From positions 64,001-128,000 of the forward strand of contig CAWFQB010000014.1 of assembly GCA_963817895.1 (NCBI GenBank): a stretch of DNA of 64,000 nt. The letters run 5' to 3'. This document shows positions 1-11,249 of this stretch, in pieces. Made by a program: the position numbers and the translations under genes. The stretch is from an uncultured Chthonomonadaceae bacterium. Its GTDB lineage: Bacteria; Armatimonadota; Chthonomonadetes; Chthonomonadales; Chthonomonadaceae. Below the pieces are notes generated by a model. That model was not told the DNA's origin. It worked only from the letters and a program-made list of their open reading frames with translations, and made no database searches. How positions within the stretch are numbered: the stretch's first letter is position 1; each line of letters opens with the position of its first letter.

Positions 1-682
1 ATCCCGCCACGCCGCCCAACGCTCCTGATACCCCGCCATGTCGCCCGCAATTCCCGATGTGATGAACCCTACGGTGTTGTCCATCCAGCCGCGCTCGTGC
101 AGCACGATCCGAATACCTCGCGCCCTCGCCACTTCTACCGCCACGCGATTGAGGAAGAACGAACCGTTGAGCATCACCACGCAGTCAGGCTTGTATTTGT
201 CGTACAGGCGGGGCAGGGCAACGGCTGCCATTGCCGCGCCATGCAGAAGCAGGCGATAGGAACGCGCGACTTCGTCTCGCTCCAGTTGCGGATTCAGGCT
301 GTGCCAGTAAGAAACCATGTCGGCGCGCGTCCATGTTCCAATCGGCAATCCGGCGTAAACAGCGTTTTCCAGTTCGTTCACGTCAAGGCTATCCGCCCAT
401 TCCGCAATCCGGGCTTTCTCGTTTCCTGTCACCATGCCCTGTAGAAAAATCCGCCGAATGGCGCATTTGCGGGATAAGCGTTTGCGAAAAATGCCGACAC
501 TGTTCGCAGATTTCTTCCCTGTTCGGTACGGAGAGTGGGGCCATGCCGCAGTTGGGCAGGCCGGAACAGGTCAGGAATCGAACGGAATGACCGCGTTGCC
601 GCAGCGCGTGTCCCATTGTCACTTCCCAGAGCGTGTGCGGCAGCCAGAGCGTATAGGGGGTAAAAAAGAGTATATTTTGCAT
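1..682 (-). CDS. Capsule/surface polysaccharide biosynthesis-type protein (frameshifted, runs off the window start)
   Basis: ORF 389-682 has N-terminus MQNILFFTPY...HTLWE and a C-x4-C...C-x2-C pattern. Another minus frame continues with KPDCVVMLNGSFF...IVLHERG, resembling capsule-synthesis-like proteins. It is the most downstream gene of the glycan cluster visible in the window. Confidence 0.45.
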
Positions 683-688
683 GAGTTT

Positions 689-1450
689 TCAGGCGGCCGC
701 CCGCACAACCGCGAAGCTGTCGGGGCTGTGGTGGCGAAGGTCGGCGTCAGTATCAATGTGGGCGATGCAGTCTTCCACGCGCAGCAGCCCGTTGGCGTCG
801 GGCGTGACCTCTTCGTACAAACGCTTGAGGAACCAGTAATCGGCCTCAGTTTCAAGCGTCATGCGCAGGTCGGGGCGCGACAGGCGCGGCGGGGGTGGCA
901 GATGGGCGCGTTCAAACAGGTCGGGGCGGGCGCTGGTGAAGGTCGTCACCTGTTCGCGGTACTCGGCTTTCTGTGTCAGCCGCGCGATCCGTTCCAGCGT
1001 CTGGATGGGCATAGCTTCAGTGGCAACTCCCATCGGCAGGCGCGCAACCGTGACCAAATCCATGTTGCTGTCAAGGGCGTAACGCGCGCTGGCCCATAGC
1101 ATTTTGGGATCAAGGAGGGGATTGCTGGCCTGACAGCGCACAACAATCTTTGCCTCATACTGCCGCGCCGCGCTCAGAACGCGATCCAGCACGTCAGCGG
1201 AACTGCCCATCACGCAGGGTATATTGTGCTGTCGGCAGATTTCATGCAGGGCGGAATTGGATTCCCCCTGCGGAAGCGCAAGGACTATCGGGCCATTCAA
1301 CCCGACGCGTATTCGGCGTATGACGTGTTCCAGAACAGTGGCGTCGCCAAGCGGCAACAGAATTTTGCCCGGCAATCGGGACGAGTTGAGACGCGCCTGA
1401 ATTACGGTGACGACGCCCTGCATACCATTCAAATCAATCATTTCATCCAT
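689..1450 (-). CDS. SpsF-like cytidylyltransferase (CMP-nonulosonate synthetase-like)
   Basis: IQARLNSSRLPGKIL, GSSADVLDR, REQVT and LRMTLETEAD motifs of the SpsF/CTP_transf_3 family. Confidence 0.8.
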   Translation of the reverse strand: MDEMIDLNGMQGVVTVIQARLNSSRLPGKILLPLGDATVLEHVIRRIRVGLNGPIVLALPQGESNSALHEICRQHNIPCVMGSSADVLDRVLSAARQYEAKIVVRCQASNPLLDPKMLWASARYALDSNMDLVTVARLPMGVATEAMPIQTLERIARLTQKAEYREQVTTFTSARPDLFERAHLPPPPRLSRPDLRMTLETEADYWFLKRLYEEVTPDANGLLRVEDCIAHIDTDADLRHHSPDSFAVVRAAA

Positions 1451-1519
1451 GAAATTTCTCCTGAAGGATTGTTCGTTTTATTCCCGGCCTGTCTGCCGCA
1501 TCCATGGGCAGGCAGGGGG

Positions 1520-1591
1520 AGTTGTCAGGTTGTTAGTTGTTAGAAAAGCCATGTGATACATAGCAACCTAACAACTAACAACCTGACAACT
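1520..1591. repeat. Palindromic element of TTGTTAG-type heptamers
   Basis: Perfect 24-bp inverted repeat, 1520-1543 versus 1568-1591. The right arm encodes the end of PseI (CQVVSC*). Confidence 0.9.
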
Positions 1592-2728
1592 GATCATGTT
1601 CCACTGCAACGGCGTTCCACGCGGAATGTCTCGCGTTGCGGTTTGTCCCAAAACCTCCTCTATGTGGCGGGGGGGCAGGCCGTGTCCGGGGCGGATGATA
1701 CGGACGTTTGCGCTTGTGAAGCGTTCGCCCGCCCGGACGGACTCGACGGCAAACAGGGAGCGGCGATACAGCAAATTGCCTTTCTCTCCCTCGCTGATGC
1801 CCAATTCCGGTTTTCCCAATGCCTGACTGGTGACGCGAATGGCGGCTGTCATCTGCTGGAACTCTTCCGGTTCCAGAGAAAACGCGCTGTCAGGGCCGGG
1901 AAGGCTGCGGGAAAGGATTAGATGCTTTTCCACGATACACGCGCCGAGCGCGACGGCGGCGATGGGAACCGCAATGCCCAACGTATGGTCGGATAGTCCA
2001 ACCGGCACATTGAAAGTTTGCGCCAGCCGTTCCAAAGCGCGAAGATGCATGTCCTGCGGGTGGGAAGGGTACGCGCTGGTACATTTGAGCAGCGCGATTT
2101 CGACCCCGCCGGCCTGTCGCGCCGCGCAAACCGCTTCCGCAATCTCGGTTTCATTCGCCATGCCAGTTGACATAATCAGCGGCCTGCCGGTTTGGGCGGC
2201 GCGGCGTATCAGGGGCAAATCCACAAGTTCAAACGAGGCGATTTTGTACGCGGGCATATCCAGCGATTGCAGGAACTCTACGGCCTGATGGTCGAAGGGG
2301 GATGAGAACAGGTCCATGCCCAGCGCGTTGGCTTCCGCTTTGAGCGGGCCGTGCCACTCCCAGGGCGTTTGCGCTTCTTTGTATAAGTCGTAAAGGTTAC
2401 GTCCTGCCCACAGACTGTCGCTGCCGATCTGAAAACAGGGGTTGTCGCAGTCGAGAGTAATACCGTCGGGGGAAAGCGTTTGCAGTTTAACCGCGTCTGC
2501 CCCGGCGGATTTAGCGGCGTTGATGATGGCGCGGGCCTGCTCGAAGTTCTGCCCGTGATTGGCTGACATTTCGGCGATGATATAGACAGGTTCGCCCGTT
2601 CCGATCCGCCGCCCGTTGATGTTGATGGCGGGTTGGGGCAGGAACGCAGGCGGAAGATTATCTGGAAGGTAAATAGCAGGCAAAACAGGCATAGTTGTCC
2701 TCGTCATCGGGCAAACATTGTTGCGCAA
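1568..2728 (-). CDS. pseI: Pseudaminic acid synthase (NeuB family with SAF domain)
   Basis: IIAEMSANH, GADAVKLQT, TPWEWH, YKIASFE, LLKCTSAYP, GLSDHT, EKH and C-terminal RRSL...IRPGHGLPP. True start may be at 2707 or 2692. Confidence 0.92.
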   Translation of the reverse strand: MRNNVCPMTRTTMPVLPAIYLPDNLPPAFLPQPAININGRRIGTGEPVYIIAEMSANHGQNFEQARAIINAAKSAGADAVKLQTLSPDGITLDCDNPCFQIGSDSLWAGRNLYDLYKEAQTPWEWHGPLKAEANALGMDLFSSPFDHQAVEFLQSLDMPAYKIASFELVDLPLIRRAAQTGRPLIMSTGMANETEIAEAVCAARQAGGVEIALLKCTSAYPSHPQDMHLRALERLAQTFNVPVGLSDHTLGIAVPIAAVALGACIVEKHLILSRSLPGPDSAFSLEPEEFQQMTAAIRVTSQALGKPELGISEGEKGNLLYRRSLFAVESVRAGERFTSANVRIIRPGHGLPPRHIEEVLGQTATRDIPRGTPLQWNMISCQVVSC

Positions 2729-2752
2729 AGTGGAGATTGAGAAGAAGAACGC

Positions 2753-3580
2753 TCAGAAGTCTTTGCGCCAGAGCCAGATTCGGCCCTGTCCCATATCGCC
2801 GATGGGAGGCAGTCGCAGCGCCAACTGGTTGATGGGGTCTTCATAGGAGGGTTCGCGCCCCGCCTGCGCGGCCAGTCCCGCGTTGACAACGCGACTCAGG
2901 AAGTAGTAGGTGGAACTGTAATCCTCAACATTTTCCAGCGTGATGCCGGGAAGCGTCAATCCTGCTAATTCCGCTTCCCGAAAGTAGCGGTTGTGCCAGG
3001 GAGGGGTGATGGCTTCCAGCCCGATGCCGCAGCGCAGGGCGTTGAGCCGATGTAAACCATCCTGCGTGTTTTCGCACATCACGTACAGCCCGCCGGGAGT
3101 CAGCAGGTCGGTGATATGGCGAATGGCCTGCGCCTGTGTGTTCCAATCCGGCAAATTGATGAGGACGCGCTCGGTGTACATCAGATCGTAACGATGCTGA
3201 AAGGCAGACATGTCGCGCACATCACCCACTTCAAAACAAACCTGTCCCCGGAGAGTTTGCCCGGACAGCAGGGCGTTCGCGGCGGCTATCATTTGCGGGG
3301 CGAAGTCGCTTCCCGTCAATTCGACATCGAAGCGGCGCGCGATTTCGATAGCCGTAATCCCGTTGCCACAGCCAACTTCCAGAATTCTCATTCCGTCCCG
3401 AACATGGCCGCAAATCGCTTCCATTTCCAGTTGCTTGGCGATAACATCCCGCGTTCCGGCCCATTCGCCAAGCCCCGCGCGCTCGTCCCAAAAGGCGCGA
3501 ACATCGCGCCCCTGAATGTCACTCGCCAGAACAGAAATTTCCGGCATGGATGTTGGTAAAAGTGTAGTTGCGCCGCTCAT
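2753..3580 (-). CDS. Class I SAM-dependent methyltransferase
   Basis: ILEVGCGNG motif I, SDFAPQMI, GDV, LLTPGGLYV. Confidence 0.85.
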   Translation of the reverse strand: MSGATTLLPTSMPEISVLASDIQGRDVRAFWDERAGLGEWAGTRDVIAKQLEMEAICGHVRDGMRILEVGCGNGITAIEIARRFDVELTGSDFAPQMIAAANALLSGQTLRGQVCFEVGDVRDMSAFQHRYDLMYTERVLINLPDWNTQAQAIRHITDLLTPGGLYVMCENTQDGLHRLNALRCGIGLEAITPPWHNRYFREAELAGLTLPGITLENVEDYSSTYYFLSRVVNAGLAAQAGREPSYEDPINQLALRLPPIGDMGQGRIWLWRKDF

Positions 3581-3745
3581 GGCTTCGTCTCCCGCGCGTA
3601 CTGGTTCTGATGCGCTGTCTGCTAAAGTTTACAGGCCACAGGCCTGCCACTATTATGTCGGAAAGTTCGCGCCTGCTCGTCAGGGAAATTTCATTGGCAG
3701 GTGATCAGGTATTCAGGTGTTTGGGTGTTCGGTTATTTGGTTGTT

Positions 3746-4858
3746 TCAGGTTTGAGGGTTGATTTGCTGCATGGCATCTACGATGCGTTTTACCCCTTCA
3801 CCATCTACCAGATTCCTGCCGGCAATTCCCATTGCGCGACGCGCGTTGAGATTATTCGAGAGTTGGCTGATGGCATGAGCAAGTGATTTGGGGGTAATCG
3901 AGTCGTGCCAGCCGAGGGTTTGCATGGTTCCAGCGGCTGTCATGGCGACCGCGTTGCGCCGCTGATTGTCCGCGAGCGCGATACTGAGAACCGGAACCTG
4001 CATATAGGCGAGTTCAAGGGCGGTTGACCCGGCGGCGGCTACAGCGATGTCCGCCCACGCCATCAGTTCGCCCATATTGCCGCAGCCGGGTAGCAATTGT
4101 ATGTCGGTTCCGCTTGCCAGGATTGCCTGCTGGAGAACGCCAAAATGCGGATTGCCCGGACCTGCCACGATTTTAACGTTCCACTCACGACCCGGCAACA
4201 GACTGAGCGCGTGGACAACTTTCAGGGTGACGTTATCCGGGTCGGTTCCGCCCATCGTAACCAGAATGTTGCGGGCTGTTTGGGGATAAACGCGCTGCCA
4301 GTTCTGCCATACGGCAAATTCAGGACGCAACAGGGCGTAACGCGCGCCAAGCAGAAGAACCGTTTGACTATCGCTATTATAAGGCAGAGTATCCGCGTAC
4401 ACATTCTGGTTGAGCAGCGCATCGGCATGATAACAACACTGGTGCGCCGTATCGTCGAGAGCAAGCGTGTTGCCGCCGTTTTCGCGCATGGCTGCCTGAA
4501 CGTTTTCCTGATAGCAGGGGGCAAAGTGGTAGCCGTCCAACAGCGTCCATGCGGGGCGGCGCTGACGCAGAATGGCAAGCAATTCGGGTAAATCGCTCGC
4601 ATCCGGGTGCATGGCGGGCATCGAAATGCGTTCCGCGCCGGATTGGTCAATTCGGGCGGTGATGGCGGGATTGTCCGCGTGGGTCAGAAAAACAACATGT
4701 CCGCCGCGCGTCTGCCATTCCGCAGCCAGCGCGAGGCAGCGCATGACATGCCCGTTGCCAATCTGCCGGGTCGCGTCAGCGCGAATAAGGAGGGTAGAGG
4801 GTTGTGTCCTGCCCTGTGGATGGACGCCCGGATTGAGGATTGCGTGTAAATACGTCAA
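3746..4858 (-). CDS. pseG: UDP-2,4-diacetamido-2,4,6-trideoxy-beta-L-altropyranose hydrolase
   Basis: IRADA...IGNGHVMRCLALA, LDGY, YALLRPEF, ILVTMGGTDP, AAGST, ADNQ. Confidence 0.88.
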   Translation of the reverse strand: MTYLHAILNPGVHPQGRTQPSTLLIRADATRQIGNGHVMRCLALAAEWQTRGGHVVFLTHADNPAITARIDQSGAERISMPAMHPDASDLPELLAILRQRRPAWTLLDGYHFAPCYQENVQAAMRENGGNTLALDDTAHQCCYHADALLNQNVYADTLPYNSDSQTVLLLGARYALLRPEFAVWQNWQRVYPQTARNILVTMGGTDPDNVTLKVVHALSLLPGREWNVKIVAGPGNPHFGVLQQAILASGTDIQLLPGCGNMGELMAWADIAVAAAGSTALELAYMQVPVLSIALADNQRRNAVAMTAAGTMQTLGWHDSITPKSLAHAISQLSNNLNARRAMGIAGRNLVDGEGVKRIVDAMQQINPQT

Positions 4859-4914
4859 GGTAATTTCCCGCTTTCAATCAGATTCCTCTTCTTCCAACGT
4901 CAAGAAGAGGTTAA

Positions 4915-5016
4915 GAGCCTATCCCAATAGGCCGGGTACAAAGAACGTACCCGTCTGAGTGGCCTGCGGCCAGGCGTCCTTCGGACGCAAATGCAATCGC
5001 CTGTTGGGATAGGCTC
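4915..5016. mobile_element. Non-autonomous MITE of about 102 bp (IS5-family-like ends)
   Basis: Terminal inverted repeats GAGCCTATCCCAATAGGC / GCCTGTTGGGATAGGCTC (one mismatch), flanked on both sides by TAA (4912-4914 and 5017-5019). No transposase inside. Confidence 0.7.
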
Positions 5017-5044
5017 TAAGGTGGAGGGTGGATGAGAATAGCCT

Positions 5045-6447
5045 CTAGGCCAGTCTCTGGAATCCTGTGTGCGCAATCGGGCCGCGAAGTTGCGCTTCTA
5101 CTTTATCGGTATGAATCGCCTGCGCCAACAGGCCAAATACCTCCTCCAATGCGCCCAGATAGCCGTCAATGTGATGATCCTGATGCGCGTAAGTGACGAA
5201 GAACACACTCCCTGCCAGAAAGCCCCGGTCTAGCATCATCTGCGTATATAGCGTTCGGATGGCCTGCCCGTTGGGATAGTCGAAGCGAATCGCGCTTACG
5301 GGAGGGATACCGCTCACTTGCAGATTCAATCCATTGTTATTTGCCAGTTGTTTCCAGCCGTCCTGAACGCGGCTGCCGATGTGGATAAGGTGGGCGGGAA
5401 CGTTGTATTTCCGATGCTTGCGGAGGGTGGCTACGGCGGCAGTGGGGCCGATGCGCTCTGTCCAGTAGGTGCTGCTGATAAACGTGTTTTGCGCCGCCTG
5501 CATCCACTCTTCGCGTCCAAGCACGGCGGCAAACGCATAGCCGTTGCTGATGGCTTTGGCGAAAATGGTCATATCAGGATCAATGCTAAGTGTCAGATGA
5601 ATTCCGCCCGTATTCACGCGGAAGCCAATCGTAGATTCGTCGAATATCAATGCCGCGCCTAAATCATCGGCGATTTGCCGGACTCCTTCGAGAAAGCCGG
5701 GAAGGGGCTGCTGACTGCGCAACGGTTCCATTACAATGGCGGCGATTTCTCCCCGATGCGCGGCTCCCAGTTCCTTCAACTCGTCCAGTTGATTGTAGTG
5801 GAACGGCAGTACCAACCCGGCAAGGGAACGTGGCACACCAGCGGGATCCAATCCCGAAAGAAGATGCGCGGCTAAAGCGTTACGGTTGAGGGTTGAAGGT
5901 TGAGGGTCGAGAGTTGTATCTTCAGTGTTCTCCTCTTCTCCTCTTCTCCTCTTCTCCTCTTCCGGTAGTTGGCTGACAGATACCAGTCGTGCCAGCCGTG
6001 ATAGCCGCAGAAGAGGATTTTGTCGCGTCCGGTTCGGGCGCGGGCGATGCGGATGGCGACGGTCAGGGCTTCGCCGCCGGTTCGGACAAAGCGCGCCATG
6101 TCCGCCCAGGGGTGCAGTTCGCAGAGCAGTTCCGCCAGTTCCACCTCTTCGGGGCAGTTGAGCGTGGACATGGAACCGGCGTCTACAGCCGCGTGAACGG
6201 CGGCGTTTACATCCGGGTCGGCATGTCCCAATACGCACGCGCCAACCCCGTTCAAACTCATGTCTATGTACCGGTTTCCGTCCAAATCCCATACTTCCGC
6301 GCCCTGCGCTTTCGCGTAATAGTTGGGCCAGCCCTCCGGCAGGAACATCTCGGGACGCTTGGAAAGTAGCTGTGTTCCGCCGGGAATACGGCAGTGGGCG
6401 CGGCGGTAGAGTTGCTGCCCGTTTGGAGTTGATAGTTGTGAGGACAT
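5045..6447 (-). CDS. Class III PLP aminotransferase (GSA-aminomutase-like), frameshift near 5970
   Basis: N-part: IPGGTQLLSKRP, DLDGNRYIDM, GYHGWHDW. C-part: IVMEP, LIFDE, FAKAISNG (PLP lysine). Confidence 0.85.
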
Positions 6448-6566
6448 GAGATTTTCCTATAACACTAAATTTGGCGCGATCAGGGGTGACGCCATTATAG
6501 AAACAAGCGGCGATTAGATAGGAGATCAAGACAGCAACTTCTATCAACTATCATCTATCAACTTTC

Positions 6567-7366
6567 CTAAGCGGCTTTGCGTTCCGATTGCAAGGAGCGC
6601 AGATAGCCTTCATTGCGGGTGAATTGGCCGTTGATGCGGCGCAGTTGCGGCTGTGAGTTGAGCAGGGCAATGACATCGGAAAAGGAAAAGTTTAGCGTGT
6701 CAAGCGAGTGGAATATAGCGCGAACAAAGGCTAAATCCGGCAGTTCGTCTACTGTCCAGCGCAAGCCGGAGTAATTTTGCTCGTTCAGCACACTGCCGCT
6801 GTCGAAAGCCGTTGGCGGAATCGCGCAGGTAGGGCGTGACGTGTTCGCGTTCCGAGGGTTTGGATGCTTCCCACCATGCGCGTTCCAGCGCGGATACGCG
6901 AAACACTTCCGTGTCCAGTCCGTCCGGGTAGGTGGGCGGGTCTACATTGGAAACATAATCGAAGTTCGCGATGTGAAAGGCGGCGATTACGGCATCTATC
7001 ACGTTCGGATCGTGCAAGGGGCAATCGGCGGTCAGGCGAACAACCACTTCGGCGTCGGGCATAGCGGGCGGCTTGAAGGTAGCGATCAAGCACGTCGTTT
7101 TCGCTGCCGCGAAAGCAGTCAATATTGTGCCAGCGGCAAAAGTCGGCCACAATCGTATCGGAGGTTGCGGTCGAAGTTGCGACAAGAACATGATTAAGTT
7201 GTTTTGCGTGGCGAACGCGGTTGACAACGTGCCACAGCATGGGTTTGCCCGCAATTTGATGCAGAACTTTGCCGGGAAGCCGCGAGGAACCCATACGCGC
7301 CTGAATAATTCCCACGGTTCGCGGCAAAGAGGCAACACTGTCCGGGGAGTTGGAATTAAGTAACAT
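6567..7366 (-). CDS. SpsF-like cytidylyltransferase (two frameshifts)
   Basis: IQARMGSSRLPGKVL, GSENDVLDRY, VRLTADCP, YPDGLDTEV, REHVT and RWTVDE spread over three frames. Confidence 0.8.
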
Positions 7367-8910
7367 TGTGAGCGCCTCCGCCTGTCGTATTGTTTGAGTG
7401 CCGCGCCTGTAAAGCGAGTTGAAGGGTTTGCGTCGCATCGTAAACCGTGTTGAACGTGGGCGATTTGTTGTCCACGCAGTTCAGGAAATAGGCCAGTTCG
7501 TCGCGGTACATCTGATTGATTTGCCAGTTTGCGGGCTGCCGGATGATTTGCGCCACTTTGCCGGAAGCGTCGTAATGAATGGTTTCACCCGAATTGAAGT
7601 CCCACGCCAATGTGCCTTCGCTGCCAGATAATTTCGATGCTGCGTTGGTAGTTGCGCTGGACAAAGTTGAGATGAACACTGGAAAATGGGCCGCTCTCGT
7701 GGGTGAGCAGCAGTTCCGCCATGCCGTCTGTTTGCAGGCCGAGAGAAGTGGCGGGACGAACAAGCGAACTGTGCAGCGTGGCCGGACCGAGCAGCCAGAG
7801 CGCAAGATCAAGTTCATGGATGCAGTCGAGCAGCGCGCCGCCATGAACAGGGGACGCGCTGTAACCAGCGCGATAATCCTGATGAGGCCGCCAGTTGGGC
7901 AGGTATGAGCCGGTGTGCAACCGCGCGCTCAACACATCGCCAATCAATTTCGCTTCCAGCCATTGCTTGATTTGCGCGGGGCCGGGATGAAAGCGCATGT
8001 TGCAGCCGACAAGGTTGACCAGCTTCCGCTGCGTGACAAGGGCATTTAATTCTTCCAGACATTGCAGATTGTGCGCGATCGGCTTTTCGATGAACAGGGC
8101 CGCGCCCGTATTCGCGGCGGAAAGCGCGAACGGCGTGTGCAGATTAGAGGGCGTACAGATGAATACAACGTTGGGCTGCCATTTCCACAAATCTTCAGGG
8201 CAATCTGCGGCATGAACATTATGTTTGTTCGTAATGGCCTGACTTGCTTGGGCAGACGCATCGTACACAGTAATATCAAATTCGCGGTTGGCGGTCAATT
8301 CGCATAAATTTTCCAGATGCCGCCGCCCGATGGAACCGCAGCCAAGCAGGGCAACGCGCAGGGGAACGGGGCGCGACAGCGACATTTGCACAACATCGGT
8401 AGGCCGTCCCTCGAACATCAGTTGCTGCTGGTTCTGCTTTTCTTCTACCATGCCTGCGCGTCGCATGACGTTCAACATGCCGAGATTGACGCTGAGGGTT
8501 CCCGCCGTGATTTTCCGCAATCCACCATCCTGAAGCAGATGGCGGCAGACAGCCTGCCACGCTTCGCTGCCGTATCCCTGTCCCCAAACCGCCCGTTCGC
8601 CAATCAGGATACCAACGTCTGCTATGCCATTTTCCACATCAATATAGGCGTTGATGTTGCCGATATGCCCGATATTGGGATCGTGGGCAATAATAGCCCA
8701 AAAACAGTGGGGCGTGTTGGCAAACGATTGCAGGTAGTCGCGGCAGGAGGCGAGGGTATGCGCGTGGTGTCGTTGTTCGCTGTACCGGACGACATCAGGA
8801 TCGTTCAGCCAGCCGACATAGCGCGGGGTAAGATGCGCTTCTTCAAAGGGCACAATGGACAGGCGGGGTGTTTTGATTTTCGATTTTCGATTTTCGATTT
8901 TCGATTGCAT
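7356..8910 (-). CDS. GNAT acetyltransferase fused to Gfo/Idh/MocA oxidoreductase (frameshift near 7640)
   Basis: N-terminal RimL-type GNAT (WLNDP, HIGNI, WGQGYGSE) in the same frame as GCGSIG, EKP and GGALLDCIHELD. The C-terminus lies in ORF 7356-7844. Confidence 0.8.
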
Positions 8911-8991
8911 GGCGACTTGACGGGATGCCCTCACCCCGGGCGTCCACCCGTAGGGAAGGACACCCTCTCCCAAAAAAGCCTGGGAAAGGGG

Positions 8992-10207
8992 CTATACTAA
9001 ACTGTGAGAGGCTGAATAGTTACTATTTTGCTGCGCGAGAGTGGCGAGAAATTGGGTGACGCGCTTGGTTGAACCGCAAGGGATTACCTTTTTTATATCG
9101 GTAGTCGGCGCGGCGCTTTGCAGTAAAAGTTGCGGAAGGAGGGCTTGAAGAGTGGCGCGATTGGTGGCGCAGGGAGTCAGGCCGGTTCGCGTGGTCGGCA
9201 GCCACTCTTTTTCAAACGCGCGGGGCAGAATGGAAAGCGTGGGGCGTTGAAGCAGGGCGGCTTCGAGCAGAAGCATGGAGGACATTCCAACAACCAGATC
9301 GGCGGCATAAATCAGTTCAAGGGGAACGCCGCCGCTGCTGATGAGATTGAATTTGGACTTCATAAGGGGCAAATTCTTCGCGGATGTTTTTGGGGTGCAG
9401 GCGTAAAACAAGATACGGCGGAGGTGTGAGATGGGAAGTCGCCAGTAACAATTCCTCAATCACGATGTCAGTTCGGGCATTACTGCCACTCGTGCCACAC
9501 AAGCGTATATTCTTCGGAACGCTGAAACTGTGACGGATCCAGCCCTGTTGAGATTTCCGCCACGAATACGATTACTTTCTGTTCCGGTTGCGCGTCGGGG
9601 AACCATTTGCAGCATAGGTTTTCGTGTCCAACTTGTACAAGCCGTTTGCTTTCTGCCCGTACAGCATCATAATGTGGGTGTCCGCAAACCGCGATGCGAG
9701 CCGCGTCATATCCCAATTCTATATAAGCCTGCTGTGTCCAAATGTCCGGCACAATCAGCCAGTCGGGCGCGTAGGCGAGCGGGTTGCCCGTCCGTCCCCG
9801 GAACCGATGCGCGGCATTGCCGTAAGCGTCCACTACGCCCACGCTGCATCCGCCTATTCGCCGCCATTCGTCAATCAATTGCAGTCCATAACTGTCCGTG
9901 TTTTCCGAAGTACCGGTGACAAGCAAGGATGAAGGATGAAGGATGAAGGATGAAGATCGAGCGTTGCGCGTTGAGCCGTGAGTGTAGCAAAGTTGTTCTA
10001 AGGGTTCAGATTTATTCCGCGCTGTGACAGATATTCTGTTGCCGCGCCTGCTGTGAACAGGCGAGTGGTTAAGCCGAGCGCATGAAGCGCGGGGGGAAGA
10101 TGGGCGACGTAATTGGCTGCGCCGGGGTCTTCCACAAACATGATGATTTGGGGAGTAGGAGTTGAGTGTTGGATTTTTGGTATAAGATTAATGGAAAAAG
10201 TTGACAT
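8992..10207 (-). CDS. Surface-carbohydrate biosynthesis protein, GT-B/epimerase-like (frameshifted)
   Basis: Fragments EDPGAANY, LVTGTSEN, PDWLIVPD, CGHPHYD, LRLHPK and ADLVVGMSSMLLLEA. Confidence 0.55.
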
Positions 10208-10212
10208 GAATT

Positions 10213-11249
10213 TCAACTGATTGTTGATTGTGGAACATTTTGCGCCTGCGCCGTAAGGCTTTCCACAACATCTACAGTGTGGAGCGCGGAGTTGCCGGGA
10301 CTGCATAGGGGCGCGTTGTGGATTCAGCGCGTTGGCGAGATTGTCGTACATGCGGTAAAAGGCGTGGCCTACGGTGGAGGGCAGGGAATGGGGGCAATCG
10401 GAAGCGATTTCGTGTTCGCCCTGTGTGGCGCGGTGCGGGCAGCGGGGAAACACGCGAATGTTCAAGCCCTCCTGTTCAATGCTGACACGCCCGCCCGTTC
10501 CCCATATGTCCAGACTGTTTTCGCGGTAATGTGCGAAAATCAACGGCCTGCGCCATGACGCCTAAGCCACTTACCATTTGCAAAGTGAAGGGAACATTCA
10601 CATCGCCGGGAAGCGGGCCGGATGAATAAGGAATTGCGGCAGGTGAGATTTGCGCGTCGTGCCACTTCGCCGAACAACATGCGGGCAAAATCAACCAGAT
10701 GTGTGCCGTTGTTGCGCAGGCCGTTGCCGTAAATCGCGAAAACAGCCTGCGGTTTGCCGATTAACTCCTGCAAATAGCCATCCGCAAGCCGCTGAAACAA
10801 TTCGTCCGCCCGCCGCCATAAGTTCACCTGAACAACGATGTTGCGGCGGGCACATTCGCGTAGGAAGGCTTCGCTTTGTGCGCGCTGTTTCGCCTAAAGG
10901 TTTTTCCACCAGAACGGCGCGAAGGTCCGGCAATGCGACAGTAATTCAAGGCGCGTGTCTGGCGGCGTTGCCAGAACCGCCACTTCCGGGAGAGTACGAC
11001 TGCGCCAATTCTGCAACGGTTCGCGCGACATGCGGAATATGCCAGCGTTCGGAGCGCTGTTTGCAGCGCGGTATCGGATACATCCACGACGCCCTGCCAC
11101 TCAAAGCCGGGGTGTGCCTGCAGAGCCTGCGCATGGGTGGCGTAAGGATAATACCGCGCCATAACGGGATCGTCCGCGTACCCGGCGCCCACTTGCCCAA
11201 AGCCGATGATGGCTGTTCGCAGGGGCTTTGCTGCTACTAAATTCGTCAT
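10213..11249 (-). CDS. Gfo/Idh/MocA oxidoreductase (multiple frameshifts; 3' end approximate)
   Basis: IIGFGQVG, VLATPP, VLVEKP, VNLWRR and NNGTHLVD in successive frames. Confidence 0.7.

Noticed and set aside
5045..6447. hemL (tetrapyrrole synthesis)
   Set aside because: The glycan-cluster context and the GGTQLLSKRP N-terminus fit the SpsF-associated class III aminotransferases rather than HemL.
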